NCBI GenBank assembly: GCA_965263035.1
Contig: OZ253580.1
Span: forward strand, 1,408,001 to 1,472,000
DNA: 64,000 bases
Direction of reading: 5' to 3'
Source: Acidobacteriota bacterium
GTDB lineage: Bacteria; Acidobacteriota; UBA6911; RPQK01; JAJDTT01
Shown here: positions 47,162 to 55,803 of the stretch, one piece after another
Layout of the letters: every line of letters begins with the position of its first letter
How positions within the stretch are numbered: position 1 is the stretch's first letter
Notes under the pieces: model-generated
Databases searched by the model: none
Seen by the model: the letters and a program-made list of their open reading frames with translations, nothing else
What the model was told of the DNA's origin: nothing
Program-made: the position numbers and the translations under genes

Positions 47162-50100
47162 ATGAGCCCCGAGGTATCTGAGCGAGCCTTCGAAGAGGCG
47201 ATCGAGTGTTCGCTACTTCGAGATGGTCCGGACGCCTGCCCGGGCGACGCGATGACAGTGAGGGAATCGCCACGGGCATACGGTGCCGAGCCGGTGCCAG
47301 GCGGCTACCACAGACGGCGTCCGGAGGACTTCGACCGCAGGCTCTGCCTGATCACGGCCGACGTTGTCGACTTCCTCCTCGCCACCCAGCCGAAGGAGTG
47401 GGAGAAGCTCAAGCAGCACCACGGTGCCGACGTGAAGCCCCGCTTCCTGGGCCGGCTCTCGCGTGAGATCACCCGGCGGGGGGCGCTCGACGTGTTGCGC
47501 AACGGCGTCAAGGACTCGGGCTGCAAGTTCCGGATGGCGTACTTCCGGCCGGCGAGCGGGCTCAACGAGGAATTGCAGCGCCTGCACGGGGCCAACCTCT
47601 TCGCTGTTGTGCGCCAGCTCCGCTTCAGCGAGAAGACTGAGCAGAGTGTCGATCTCGCCCTCTTCCTGAACGGCATCCCCGTCTTCACGGCCGAGCTCAA
47701 GAACCCGCTCAACGGGCAGGATGTCGAGGACGCAATCCGGCAGTACAAGCACGACCGGGACCCTCGCGAGCCGCTCTTCGGCTACGGACGCTGCCTCGCC
47801 CATTTCGCCGTGGACCCGGAGCAGGTGTTCGTGACGACCCAACTCGCCGGGCCCAGGACCCGGTTCCTGCCATTCAACCAGGGACGCTTCGGCGGTGCGG
47901 GGAATCCTCCGATCCCGCCCACTCGTACGGGCTTCCCGACCGACTACCTGTGGGAGCGGATCTGGGCCCGCGACAGCGTCCTCGATCTCGTCCGGCAGTT
48001 CATCCACGAGGTCGAGGTGGAGGACGACCGCGGGCGCAGAACCGGCAAGCGGATCCTGATCTTCCCGCGTTTCCAGCAGCTCGCCTGCGTGCGCCGGCTC
48101 GTGCGTCACGCACGCAACCACGGCGCCGGTGAGCGCTACCTGATCCAGCATTCTGCCGGCAGCGGCAAGAGCTTCACCATCGCCTGGCTCGCCCACCAGC
48201 TCTCGGTGCTGCATGACCACGACGACCGGCGCGTCTTCGACTCGGTCGTGGTCGTGACCGACCGGCGCGTGCTCGACCGCCAGCTCCAGCAGACCATCCG
48301 GCAGTTCGAGCAGACCCTCGGCGTGGTAGAGAACATCGACCAGACCTCGCGCCAGCTCCGCGAGGCCCTGGAGGCGGGCCGGACGATCATCGTCACCACG
48401 TTGCAAAAGTTCCCGGTCATCGCCGATCAGATCGGCCGGCTTCCCGGCAAACGCTTCGCCGTGATCGTGGACGAAGCGCACTCGTCGCAGTCGGGAGAGA
48501 GCAGCAAGAGCCTGAAGACGGTGCTCGCGGCAGGCAGCCTGGAGGAGGCCGAGCAGGCAGAAGCAGGAGCCAAGACCCCCGAAGAGGAGCTCGAAGAGCG
48601 CGTCCTCGAAGAGATCCGCCGCCGTGGACGGCGCCCGAACCTCTCGACGTTCGCCTTCACGGCGACCCCAAAGCCCAAGACCCTCGAACTCTTCGGCGAG
48701 AAGCAGCCGGACGGGAAGTTCACGCCCTTCCACCTCTACAGCATGCGCCAAGCGATCGAGGAGGGGTTCATCCTCGACGTGCTCGCCAACTACACCACCT
48801 ACAAGGCCTACTGGCGCCTGCTGAAGAAGATCGAGGACGACCCGCGGTACGACAAGCGAAAGGCGGAGCACCTCCTCAAGACCTTCGTCGAGCTGCACCC
48901 GCACGCGATCCGCGAGAAGATCGCCATCTGCGTGGAGCATTTTGCCGCGCAGGTCGCGGCCGAGATCGGCGGGCGGGCCAAGGCGATGATCGTGACTCGC
49001 TCGCGCCTGCACACGGTGCGCACCCGGCTCGCCCTGGATCGCTACCTGGAGGGAGAGGGCCACCCATGGAAGGCGCTCGTCGCCTTTTCCGGAACGGTGA
49101 AGGACCGCGGCAGGTCCTACACGGAATCCGGCATGAATTCGGCCGGACAGGAGCGGGTGATCGGCGAACGGCAGACGGCCGCCGAGTTCGAGAAGCTCGA
49201 GTACCGATTCCTGGTAGTCGCCAACAAGTTTCAGACCGGCTTCGACCAGCCGCTGCTCCACACCATGTACGTGGACAAGAAGCTCGGCGGCGTCAACGCG
49301 GTCCAGACGCTGTCCCGCCTGAACCGCACCCATGCCGGCAAGCGGGGAACGATGGTGCTCGACTTCGCCAACGAAGCCGAGGAGATCAAGAAGGCTTTCG
49401 AGCCGTACTACGAGACCACCCTCCTCTCGGAGGAGACCGACCCGAACCTCCTCTACGAGGTCCAGGGCCGGCTGCTCGACTTCGGCGTGTTTGTCCAAGA
49501 CGACGTCGAGGCCTTCGCGCGAGCGTTTTTCGATCCGAAGGCGGGTCAGGACAAGCTCTACGCGGCGCTGGAACCCGCGCGCCGGCGCTGCGCCGACCTC
49601 ATTCCCGAAGAGGGGCGCGATTTCCGTGGCCAACTCACCGACTACGCACGCCTCTACGCCTTCCTCTCCCAGGTCCTGACCTTCGCCGACACCGACCTGG
49701 AGAAGCTCTACGTCTTCGCCCGGCACCTCCGCCGCCTGCTGGCGGTCGGCCGGGAAACGCTGCCTCTCGAGATCCGGGAGAGCATCGACATGGAGTCCTT
49801 CCGCATCCAGCGGACGAGCCGCGGCCGGATCGCGCCGGAACGGCAGGTCCGGCCGCTTGCGCCCGTCGGGACGAAGCCTCGCCGCGGTCCCGGCGAGGAG
49901 GAGTTGGAGGCCCTCTCGCGAATCATCGAGGCCCTGAACGAGCGCTTCGGCCTGAATCTGGGCAGCGAGCACCGCGTCACGCTGGAACAGATCCGATCCG
50001 CCCTCGACCAGGACGCGGGCCTCGACGCCAGCGCCCGGGTGAACACCCGAGAGAACGTGCGGCTGACCTTCGACCCCAAGGTCGAGGACAAGATCCAGGA

Positions 50101-50698
50101 AATCGTCGAGACCAACTTCGACCTCTACAAGCGCATCACCGACGACGCCGACTTCGGACAGGCGCTCAAGAACTTCCTCTTCGACGACTACATCAGGCGG
50201 CACCGGCGAGCGGAGGAACTGCTCAAGCTCCAGGAGTCGAAGACGCTGGAGTTCAAGTCGAGCCTGCGCTGGAACCTGAAGCAGGATCGCAAGGACGCGA
50301 AGCACGTGACCCACGCGGCGCTCAAGACCATCGCCGCGTTCCTCAACACCGAGGGCGGCGACCTCCTGATCGGCGTGGCCGACGACCGCAAGGTGCTCGG
50401 CGTCGCGCACGACCGCCTGGAGACCGATGACAAGTTCATGCTGCACTTGGCCCAGATCGTGCGAAACGGCCTCGGTGACCGGGCCGGAACCTGCATCGAT
50501 CCCAAGACGCAGATCGTGGAGGGAAAGACCGTGTGCCTCGTGAGCTGCCAGCGAAGTCCCGAGCCGGTCTACCTGCGGTGGAAGGATCTAGAGAAGGCCG
50601 AGGGGGGAGATCTCTACGTCCGCAGCGGCCCCGGCACGGTGCGGCTCGGCAAGAAGGATGCCGGGAAGTACGTCGCCACGCGGTTCGCCTCGAAGTGA
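47162..50698 (+). CDS. hsdR: Type I restriction subunit R fused to a C-terminal Schlafen/AlbA_2 domain
   Basis: VDLALFLNGIPVFTAELKN (PD-D/ExK), HSAGSGKS, DEAH, TATP, TGFD, QTLSRLNR; the last ~160 aa contain ESKTLEFKSS...AAFLNTEGGDLLIGVADD...YVRSG. Confidence 0.92.
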   Translation: MSPEVSERAFEEAIECSLLRDGPDACPGDAMTVRESPRAYGAEPVPGGYHRRRPEDFDRRLCLITADVVDFLLATQPKEWEKLKQHHGADVKPRFLGRLSREITRRGALDVLRNGVKDSGCKFRMAYFRPASGLNEELQRLHGANLFAVVRQLRFSEKTEQSVDLALFLNGIPVFTAELKNPLNGQDVEDAIRQYKHDRDPREPLFGYGRCLAHFAVDPEQVFVTTQLAGPRTRFLPFNQGRFGGAGNPPIPPTRTGFPTDYLWERIWARDSVLDLVRQFIHEVEVEDDRGRRTGKRILIFPRFQQLACVRRLVRHARNHGAGERYLIQHSAGSGKSFTIAWLAHQLSVLHDHDDRRVFDSVVVVTDRRVLDRQLQQTIRQFEQTLGVVENIDQTSRQLREALEAGRTIIVTTLQKFPVIADQIGRLPGKRFAVIVDEAHSSQSGESSKSLKTVLAAGSLEEAEQAEAGAKTPEEELEERVLEEIRRRGRRPNLSTFAFTATPKPKTLELFGEKQPDGKFTPFHLYSMRQAIEEGFILDVLANYTTYKAYWRLLKKIEDDPRYDKRKAEHLLKTFVELHPHAIREKIAICVEHFAAQVAAEIGGRAKAMIVTRSRLHTVRTRLALDRYLEGEGHPWKALVAFSGTVKDRGRSYTESGMNSAGQERVIGERQTAAEFEKLEYRFLVVANKFQTGFDQPLLHTMYVDKKLGGVNAVQTLSRLNRTHAGKRGTMVLDFANEAEEIKKAFEPYYETTLLSEETDPNLLYEVQGRLLDFGVFVQDDVEAFARAFFDPKAGQDKLYAALEPARRRCADLIPEEGRDFRGQLTDYARLYAFLSQVLTFADTDLEKLYVFARHLRRLLAVGRETLPLEIRESIDMESFRIQRTSRGRIAPERQVRPLAPVGTKPRRGPGEEELEALSRIIEALNERFGLNLGSEHRVTLEQIRSALDQDAGLDASARVNTRENVRLTFDPKVEDKIQEIVETNFDLYKRITDDADFGQALKNFLFDDYIRRHRRAEELLKLQESKTLEFKSSLRWNLKQDRKDAKHVTHAALKTIAAFLNTEGGDLLIGVADDRKVLGVAHDRLETDDKFMLHLAQIVRNGLGDRAGTCIDPKTQIVEGKTVCLVSCQRSPEPVYLRWKDLEKAEGGDLYVRSGPGTVRLGKKDAGKYVATRFASK

Positions 50699-50797
50699 AA
50701 TCCGCCCGACCGACCCTGGTGAGCTCCGACCCCAGCACGTATTCACGGCCAGGCGATGCGGTAGATCCAGGGGCGCGGGATCCAGGATCCGGAGCGC

Positions 50798-51193
50798 GTG
50801 CAGGCTCTCGTCGCCGGACGATTGGCCTGGACCGTCTTCGCCCTGCACTTCCACACGCTGGGATTCCTGCTGATGATCGTGGGGATAGGCGTGGACACGA
50901 TGCTGGGAACCCGCCCCAACGTGTCCAGCCTTGCGTTTCTCGCCGCGGCGGTCATGTTGTTTCCGTCACTCCGGCGCGTCTACGCGGAAGGGCGGCTCAG
51001 AACCATCGGCAAGCAGATCGTCCTGCTGATCGCGTACGGGTTGGTGGTCCTCATCGGGATGCTCGCGCTCGTGACCATCACCAGTCGGGCGGCTTTGCAG
51101 GACCGACCGGAATCCCGCGGCCGTCGCGCCAGAACAGTGCAGCTGTGGAACTCCTGTCGGAATGGTGTTGACAACCTGTGGTCCGCCTGTTGA
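50798..51193 (+). CDS. Hypothetical membrane protein, possibly a C-terminal fragment (DUF3667-like)
   Basis: Three TM segments; VFALHFH and LRRVY motifs. Confidence 0.35.
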   Translation: MQALVAGRLAWTVFALHFHTLGFLLMIVGIGVDTMLGTRPNVSSLAFLAAAVMLFPSLRRVYAEGRLRTIGKQIVLLIAYGLVVLIGMLALVTITSRAALQDRPESRGRRARTVQLWNSCRNGVDNLWSAC

Positions 51194-51287
51194 AAAGTGT
51201 GAGTCAAGATTCCGTCAACTCAATCGTGCCGAACTCCCGGCCGATTCGTCCGTCCCGTTACTGACAGAGCGAGTCGTGTAGAATGCA

Positions 51288-53609
51288 GTGGTGCCTCGTC
51301 GAAACAAACCCTCCTCCCGCAAGAAGCCGTCCCCCCGCCGGCGCCGCTTTCTGGTCTGGGCGACGTGCGCCGTCCTGATCATCGCGGCGGCCGTGGCCGG
51401 GTCCCTCACCGGCCTGGTTCTGACCTGGGGAATCGAACTGGCTCAAGTCGATGAGCTGCAGGAGACCCGGCCGAACGTCATCTCCGAGGTCTATTCGGCG
51501 GACGGGCGGGTGCTGGGCATTTTCGCGGTGGAGAAGAGGCAGATCGTCACCTACGACAAGATTCCGGACACGGTGAAGAACACGATCCTGGCGGCCGAAG
51601 ACTCGGGCTTCTTCCGGCACGCCGGCATCGACTTCCGCCGCCTCATCTACACCATCTTCCGGAACATCGTCTATGGAGAACGAAAAGGCGCCTCCACCAT
51701 CACCATGCAGTTGAGCAAACTGCTGCTGACCAGTCCCGAGGTGACGATCAAGCGCAAGATTAAGGACATGATCTTCGCCATCCAGATCGAGCGCACCCTG
51801 TCCAAGGATCAGATCCTCACCCGCTACGTCAACCAGATGTACATGGGGCACGGAAGATACGGACTGGCGGCCGCTTCCGAGTTCTACTTCCAGAAAACCT
51901 TGGACGAGCTGCAGTGGCACGAAGCGGCCCTGTTGGCCGGCCTGATTCGGACGCCCGCCAGGTATTCCCCCCTGCATCACCCGGACTTGGCCGTGAAGCG
52001 AAGAAACTGGGTTCTGGAGCGAACTTACGATGAGGGCTTTATCGACGCGGAGAGGCTGCGAACCAATATGCAGGCGCCCCTGGGCCTGAAGACCTGGACC
52101 CGGCAGCAGACGCCGGCCTCCTACTTCGTGGAATGGGTGCGCCAGTATCTGGAGAAACGGTTCCCCGGCGGGGAGATCCACAGGAGAGGCCTGAAGATTT
52201 ACACGACTCTGGACTACGAACTTCAGGCGGCGGCCGAAACGGCGCTTCGTGACGGATTGAAGGCGTTCGACAAGAAGCGGCGAAGATGGCGCGGCGCCGA
52301 AGAGAACATTCTCAAGGCCGGGAAAGAGCTGGACGGGTACTGGCGTTCCGATTGGGACACCATTTTCGCCCCCGGCCAGATGGTTCACGGCCTCGTTCTT
52401 CAATCGGACGAGCGTACGGCAGAGGTGAAGGTCGGCGGCTACCGGGCCACGGTCCGGCCCAACCACGTGGACTGGACCGGAAAGAAGAGTTTGGACCAGG
52501 TCCTCAAAGCGGGTGACGTCTGCGCCTTCACCCTGGAGAGCATCAACCGTGAGGAGCGGACCGTCGAAGTGAAGCTGGACCGGGTTCCCGAGGTCCAGGG
52601 GGCGCTGATGGCCATCGAGAGCGGCACCGGCGCCATTCGTGCCATGGTGGGAGGTTTCGACTTTCGATACAGCAAGTTCAATCGAGCCACCCAGGCTCTG
52701 AGACAACCCGGTTCCGTTTTCAAGCCCTTCACCTACGTGGCCGCGGTGGAAAGCGGCTATTCGCCCGAGGACACGGTTCTGGACAGCCCGGTGGAATTTC
52801 TGGACGGTCTGGGCCGCCCCTACCGGCCGCAGAACGCGGACGAGAAATACAAGGGGCTCATCCCCATCCGTCAGGCCTTGGCGGAATCGCGAAACGTCCC
52901 CACGCTACGTCTGGCCAACGCCATGGGCGTTGAGAGAGTCGTCGAAGTGGCGCACCGGTTCGGAATCGAACGGGAAATCCCACTCTATCTCCCCACCGCT
53001 CTGGGAGCGGGCGAGGTCACTCTGGAGGAGATCACGTCCGCCTTCAGCGCGTTCCCCAACGGCGGGGTCCGGGTCCACCCCCATTTCATCGACCGGGTGG
53101 AAGACTCCAACGGTGTTCTTCTGGAGCGCCACGAGGCCGGCGTGGATGAGGTCGTCACCCGGGAGACCGCCGAAGCGATGCTGGACCTGTTGAGAAACGC
53201 GGTCCTGGCTGGAACCGCCCGCAAGGCCCGGAGTCTGCCGATTCCGGTCGCCGGGAAGACGGGCACCACCAACGACTGTACCGACAGCTGGTTCGTGGGA
53301 TTCAGCAAGCTGCTGACGGCCGGCGTCTGGGTGGGGCACGACACCAAGATCTCGATGGGTAAAAGGGTCTACGGCAGCACACTGGCCCTTCCCATCTGGA
53401 TCGATTTCATGAAGGAGACCGTGGGCAAGACTCCGCCGGGAAACTTCGGCACGGAACTTTACGCCGCCCGTCGAGCCACTTCAGCTCCTGCACCGGTGGA
53501 AGAGGCGGACCCCGATGAGGGAGAGCCCGAACAGCAGGAGCAACCCGCCGTGAAACCGGATCCGCTACCGAACATCGTGGTGGAGGACATCCCCGCACCT
53601 TCTTTCTGA
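51288..53609 (+). CDS. mrcA: Class A penicillin-binding protein (PBP1A family)
   Basis: TM anchor; AAEDSGFF and GASTITMQ transglycosylase motifs; SVFK, SRN and KTG transpeptidase motifs. Confidence 0.92.
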   Translation: MVPRRNKPSSRKKPSPRRRRFLVWATCAVLIIAAAVAGSLTGLVLTWGIELAQVDELQETRPNVISEVYSADGRVLGIFAVEKRQIVTYDKIPDTVKNTILAAEDSGFFRHAGIDFRRLIYTIFRNIVYGERKGASTITMQLSKLLLTSPEVTIKRKIKDMIFAIQIERTLSKDQILTRYVNQMYMGHGRYGLAAASEFYFQKTLDELQWHEAALLAGLIRTPARYSPLHHPDLAVKRRNWVLERTYDEGFIDAERLRTNMQAPLGLKTWTRQQTPASYFVEWVRQYLEKRFPGGEIHRRGLKIYTTLDYELQAAAETALRDGLKAFDKKRRRWRGAEENILKAGKELDGYWRSDWDTIFAPGQMVHGLVLQSDERTAEVKVGGYRATVRPNHVDWTGKKSLDQVLKAGDVCAFTLESINREERTVEVKLDRVPEVQGALMAIESGTGAIRAMVGGFDFRYSKFNRATQALRQPGSVFKPFTYVAAVESGYSPEDTVLDSPVEFLDGLGRPYRPQNADEKYKGLIPIRQALAESRNVPTLRLANAMGVERVVEVAHRFGIEREIPLYLPTALGAGEVTLEEITSAFSAFPNGGVRVHPHFIDRVEDSNGVLLERHEAGVDEVVTRETAEAMLDLLRNAVLAGTARKARSLPIPVAGKTGTTNDCTDSWFVGFSKLLTAGVWVGHDTKISMGKRVYGSTLALPIWIDFMKETVGKTPPGNFGTELYAARRATSAPAPVEEADPDEGEPEQQEQPAVKPDPLPNIVVEDIPAPSF

Positions 53610-53714
53610 CGGGCGCCGAAGAGGCTCGCCGTGACATTCGACGGCCTTTGAACCCCATGCGTCCGCTCTGGAAACCGACACTGAAGCTTCGGGTTCAGGG
53701 AACCAAATCGTAAC

Positions 53715-53747
53715 GGATTCCGAAAAAGCTGAGCCGATTCGGAATCC
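53715..53747. terminator. Stem-loop between convergent genes
   Basis: Perfect 10-bp stem GGATTCCGAA...TTCGGAATCC. Confidence 0.4.
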
Positions 53748-53818
53748 ACTCCGAAATCGTTCAACTGCGCAGGCCACTCCACGGTGGTCATTCCCCCGGG
53801 TGGCACTCCGGTATATTT

Positions 53819-54817
53819 TCAGTTGTTTCGATTCAGGACAAAGTCGGGCACCTGGAGGAGGGCGTCCCGGTAGATGGAATCGGGAAAGACCGCAATTGCA
53901 TCCCTGGCCTGTTTGGCGTAGGCCTGGGATCGTAGCTTCAGCTCGTCCAAAGCTCCGTACTTCCAGACCAGGCTCAGGATCTCCTGCTTGTTGGCATCGC
54001 TGAAATCGTGCTCGAGAATCACCTGCCGGAGAAAGTCCCTTTCCGCCGGGCCAGCCCGCCGAAGCATGAAGATGATGGGGAGCGTCATCTTTCCCTCTTC
54101 CAGGTCCTTGAGGACCGGCTTGCCCATGTCCTTCTGGGCGGAGGTATAGTCGAGCTGGTCGTCCACCAGTTGGAAGGCCATCCCCAGGGACCGGCCGTAG
54201 AGGGCAAGACCCTCCTCCCGAGCCGGATCCATGTTCCCCAGAATCGCTCCCAGACGGCCGCAACCGGAGAAGAGGTATGCCGTCTTGTAGAGACTGATCT
54301 CCAACTGCTGTTGCTCGGTGACCTCCATGCGCCCCTCCTGCTCCAACTGCAGGAGCTCCCCCTCCACCATCTTGCGGGTGATGTCGATGAGGATGTCCAG
54401 GATCCTCATCGACCGCTCCTTCATGGCGATCTGGAAGGAGGTCATGTAGAGCCAGTCGCCCATGAGGACCGTAATCTGATTGCCCCACTTGGCGTTGACC
54501 GAGGGCCGTCCACGGCGGACGTCGCTGTTGTCGATGATGTCGTCGTGGACCAGGGTGGCCACGTGGATCAACTCCACCACCACACTCAGCCGCAACGCCG
54601 CTTCGGTAGGCGCCCCGCAGAGCTTGGAAGCCAGAAGCAGGACCGCCGGCCGAAGCCGTTTGCCACCGCTCGTGTGCAGATACCGATTGATGTCGTTGAC
54701 CAGCGGAATGGCGCTTTGGATCTCCGAATCGAGGCGGGTCTCCACCTCGGCCAGATCCGATTTCACCAGCAGGAAAATGTCTTTCAGAGTGAGCCGGCGG
54801 CTAATCTGCACGTCCAT
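53819..54817 (-). CDS. Long-chain polyprenyl diphosphate synthase
   Basis: GGKRLRP, HDDIID..RRG, KTA, FQLVDD, GKPVLKDL; start taken at MDVQ. Confidence 0.93.
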   Translation of the reverse strand: MDVQISRRLTLKDIFLLVKSDLAEVETRLDSEIQSAIPLVNDINRYLHTSGGKRLRPAVLLLASKLCGAPTEAALRLSVVVELIHVATLVHDDIIDNSDVRRGRPSVNAKWGNQITVLMGDWLYMTSFQIAMKERSMRILDILIDITRKMVEGELLQLEQEGRMEVTEQQQLEISLYKTAYLFSGCGRLGAILGNMDPAREEGLALYGRSLGMAFQLVDDQLDYTSAQKDMGKPVLKDLEEGKMTLPIIFMLRRAGPAERDFLRQVILEHDFSDANKQEILSLVWKYGALDELKLRSQAYAKQARDAIAVFPDSIYRDALLQVPDFVLNRNN

Positions 54818-54963
54818 ACCTGGGTCTACGGTCCCGGGATTGCAGGGCCATCGGGGAAAGCCCCATTCTCCGACGATCTTCACGCCCGTCCGCAGGACTA
54901 CGGCCGTTTCTCCGGTTGCGCTCGCGGCGTCTCCCTGCAAATAACGTGAAAACTATATCAACG

Positions 54964-55782
54964 TCAATTTGAGACTGCCAATCCGCCCGGGCCCCGAAGG
55001 GAACCGACGCCGAACAATCTCTCGAAGTTTGATCTGGTGCGCTCGCCGACCTGTTCCAGGGTCAGGGCCCGGATTCTCCCCAGTTCCCGCGCGACTTCCA
55101 CCACCCGGGAAGGCTCGTTGGTCTTGCCCCGGAAGGGAACTGGGGCCAGGTAGGGCGAGTCGGTTTCGATCAGAATCCGGTCCACCGGCAAACGGCTCGC
55201 CAACGCTCGGAGCGAATCGGACTTGCGAAAGGTGAGGATACCCCCCAGGCCGATGAAAAATCCTCGATCCAGGCAGCGCCGGGCAGTCGGCTCATCGGAG
55301 GTGAAGCAATGGACCACTCCGTTGAGTCCCTCCCCGCTTGGGTACTTCTCCTCCAGAATCGAGCAGATGTCATCCTCGGCCTTCCTGGAGTGGATCACGA
55401 TGGGTTTACCGGCAGCCTGAGCCAGCTCGATCTGTGCCAGGAATGCCTCCCTCTGAGCGTCGAGGCCGGAGTTCAGGTAGTGGTAGTCCAGACCGATCTC
55501 ACCCAAGGCCAGAGCCTTGGGATGCCGCAACAGATCGGCCAGCTCGGAGGCGATGCCGTCCGAAAAGAAGCGCGCGTCGTGAGGGTGCACGCCGAAGGCC
55601 GCCCAGAGGAAATCGTACCGGTCCAACAGTTTCAGCGTGGTCTCGACAGAATCACGATTCTCTTCCAGGCAACAGATGGTCAGAATCGACTCCACTCCCG
55701 CCTGCCGTGCCCGGGACAGGACTCCCTCCAGGTCGGATTGCAGGGCGGAGGAATCGAGATGGGCGTGGGAGTCAACGAACAC
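54964..55782 (-). CDS. tatD: TatD-family hydrolase
   Basis: DSHAH, GVHPH, GEIGLDY, HCF, ETDSPYLAP. Confidence 0.94.
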   Translation of the reverse strand: MFVDSHAHLDSSALQSDLEGVLSRARQAGVESILTICCLEENRDSVETTLKLLDRYDFLWAAFGVHPHDARFFSDGIASELADLLRHPKALALGEIGLDYHYLNSGLDAQREAFLAQIELAQAAGKPIVIHSRKAEDDICSILEEKYPSGEGLNGVVHCFTSDEPTARRCLDRGFFIGLGGILTFRKSDSLRALASRLPVDRILIETDSPYLAPVPFRGKTNEPSRVVEVARELGRIRALTLEQVGERTRSNFERLFGVGSLRGPGGLAVSN

Positions 55783-55803
55783 TGGACGATCTCCAGCCGC
55801 CGC

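Larger units (their letters stand above)
43319..47165 (+). pseudogene. hsdS: Type I RM specificity subunit interrupted by IS after codon 46
   Basis: 43319-43456 encodes MTEG...YPEYSDSGIESLGEIPAHWDVRRLKTLA and continues in frame at 45927 (SVQLSNVDKK); two TRDs; ends AAVTGKIDVR. Confidence 0.92.

Noticed and set aside
47213-50446. 1077-aa minus-strand ORF
   Set aside because: Antisense shadow of hsdR.
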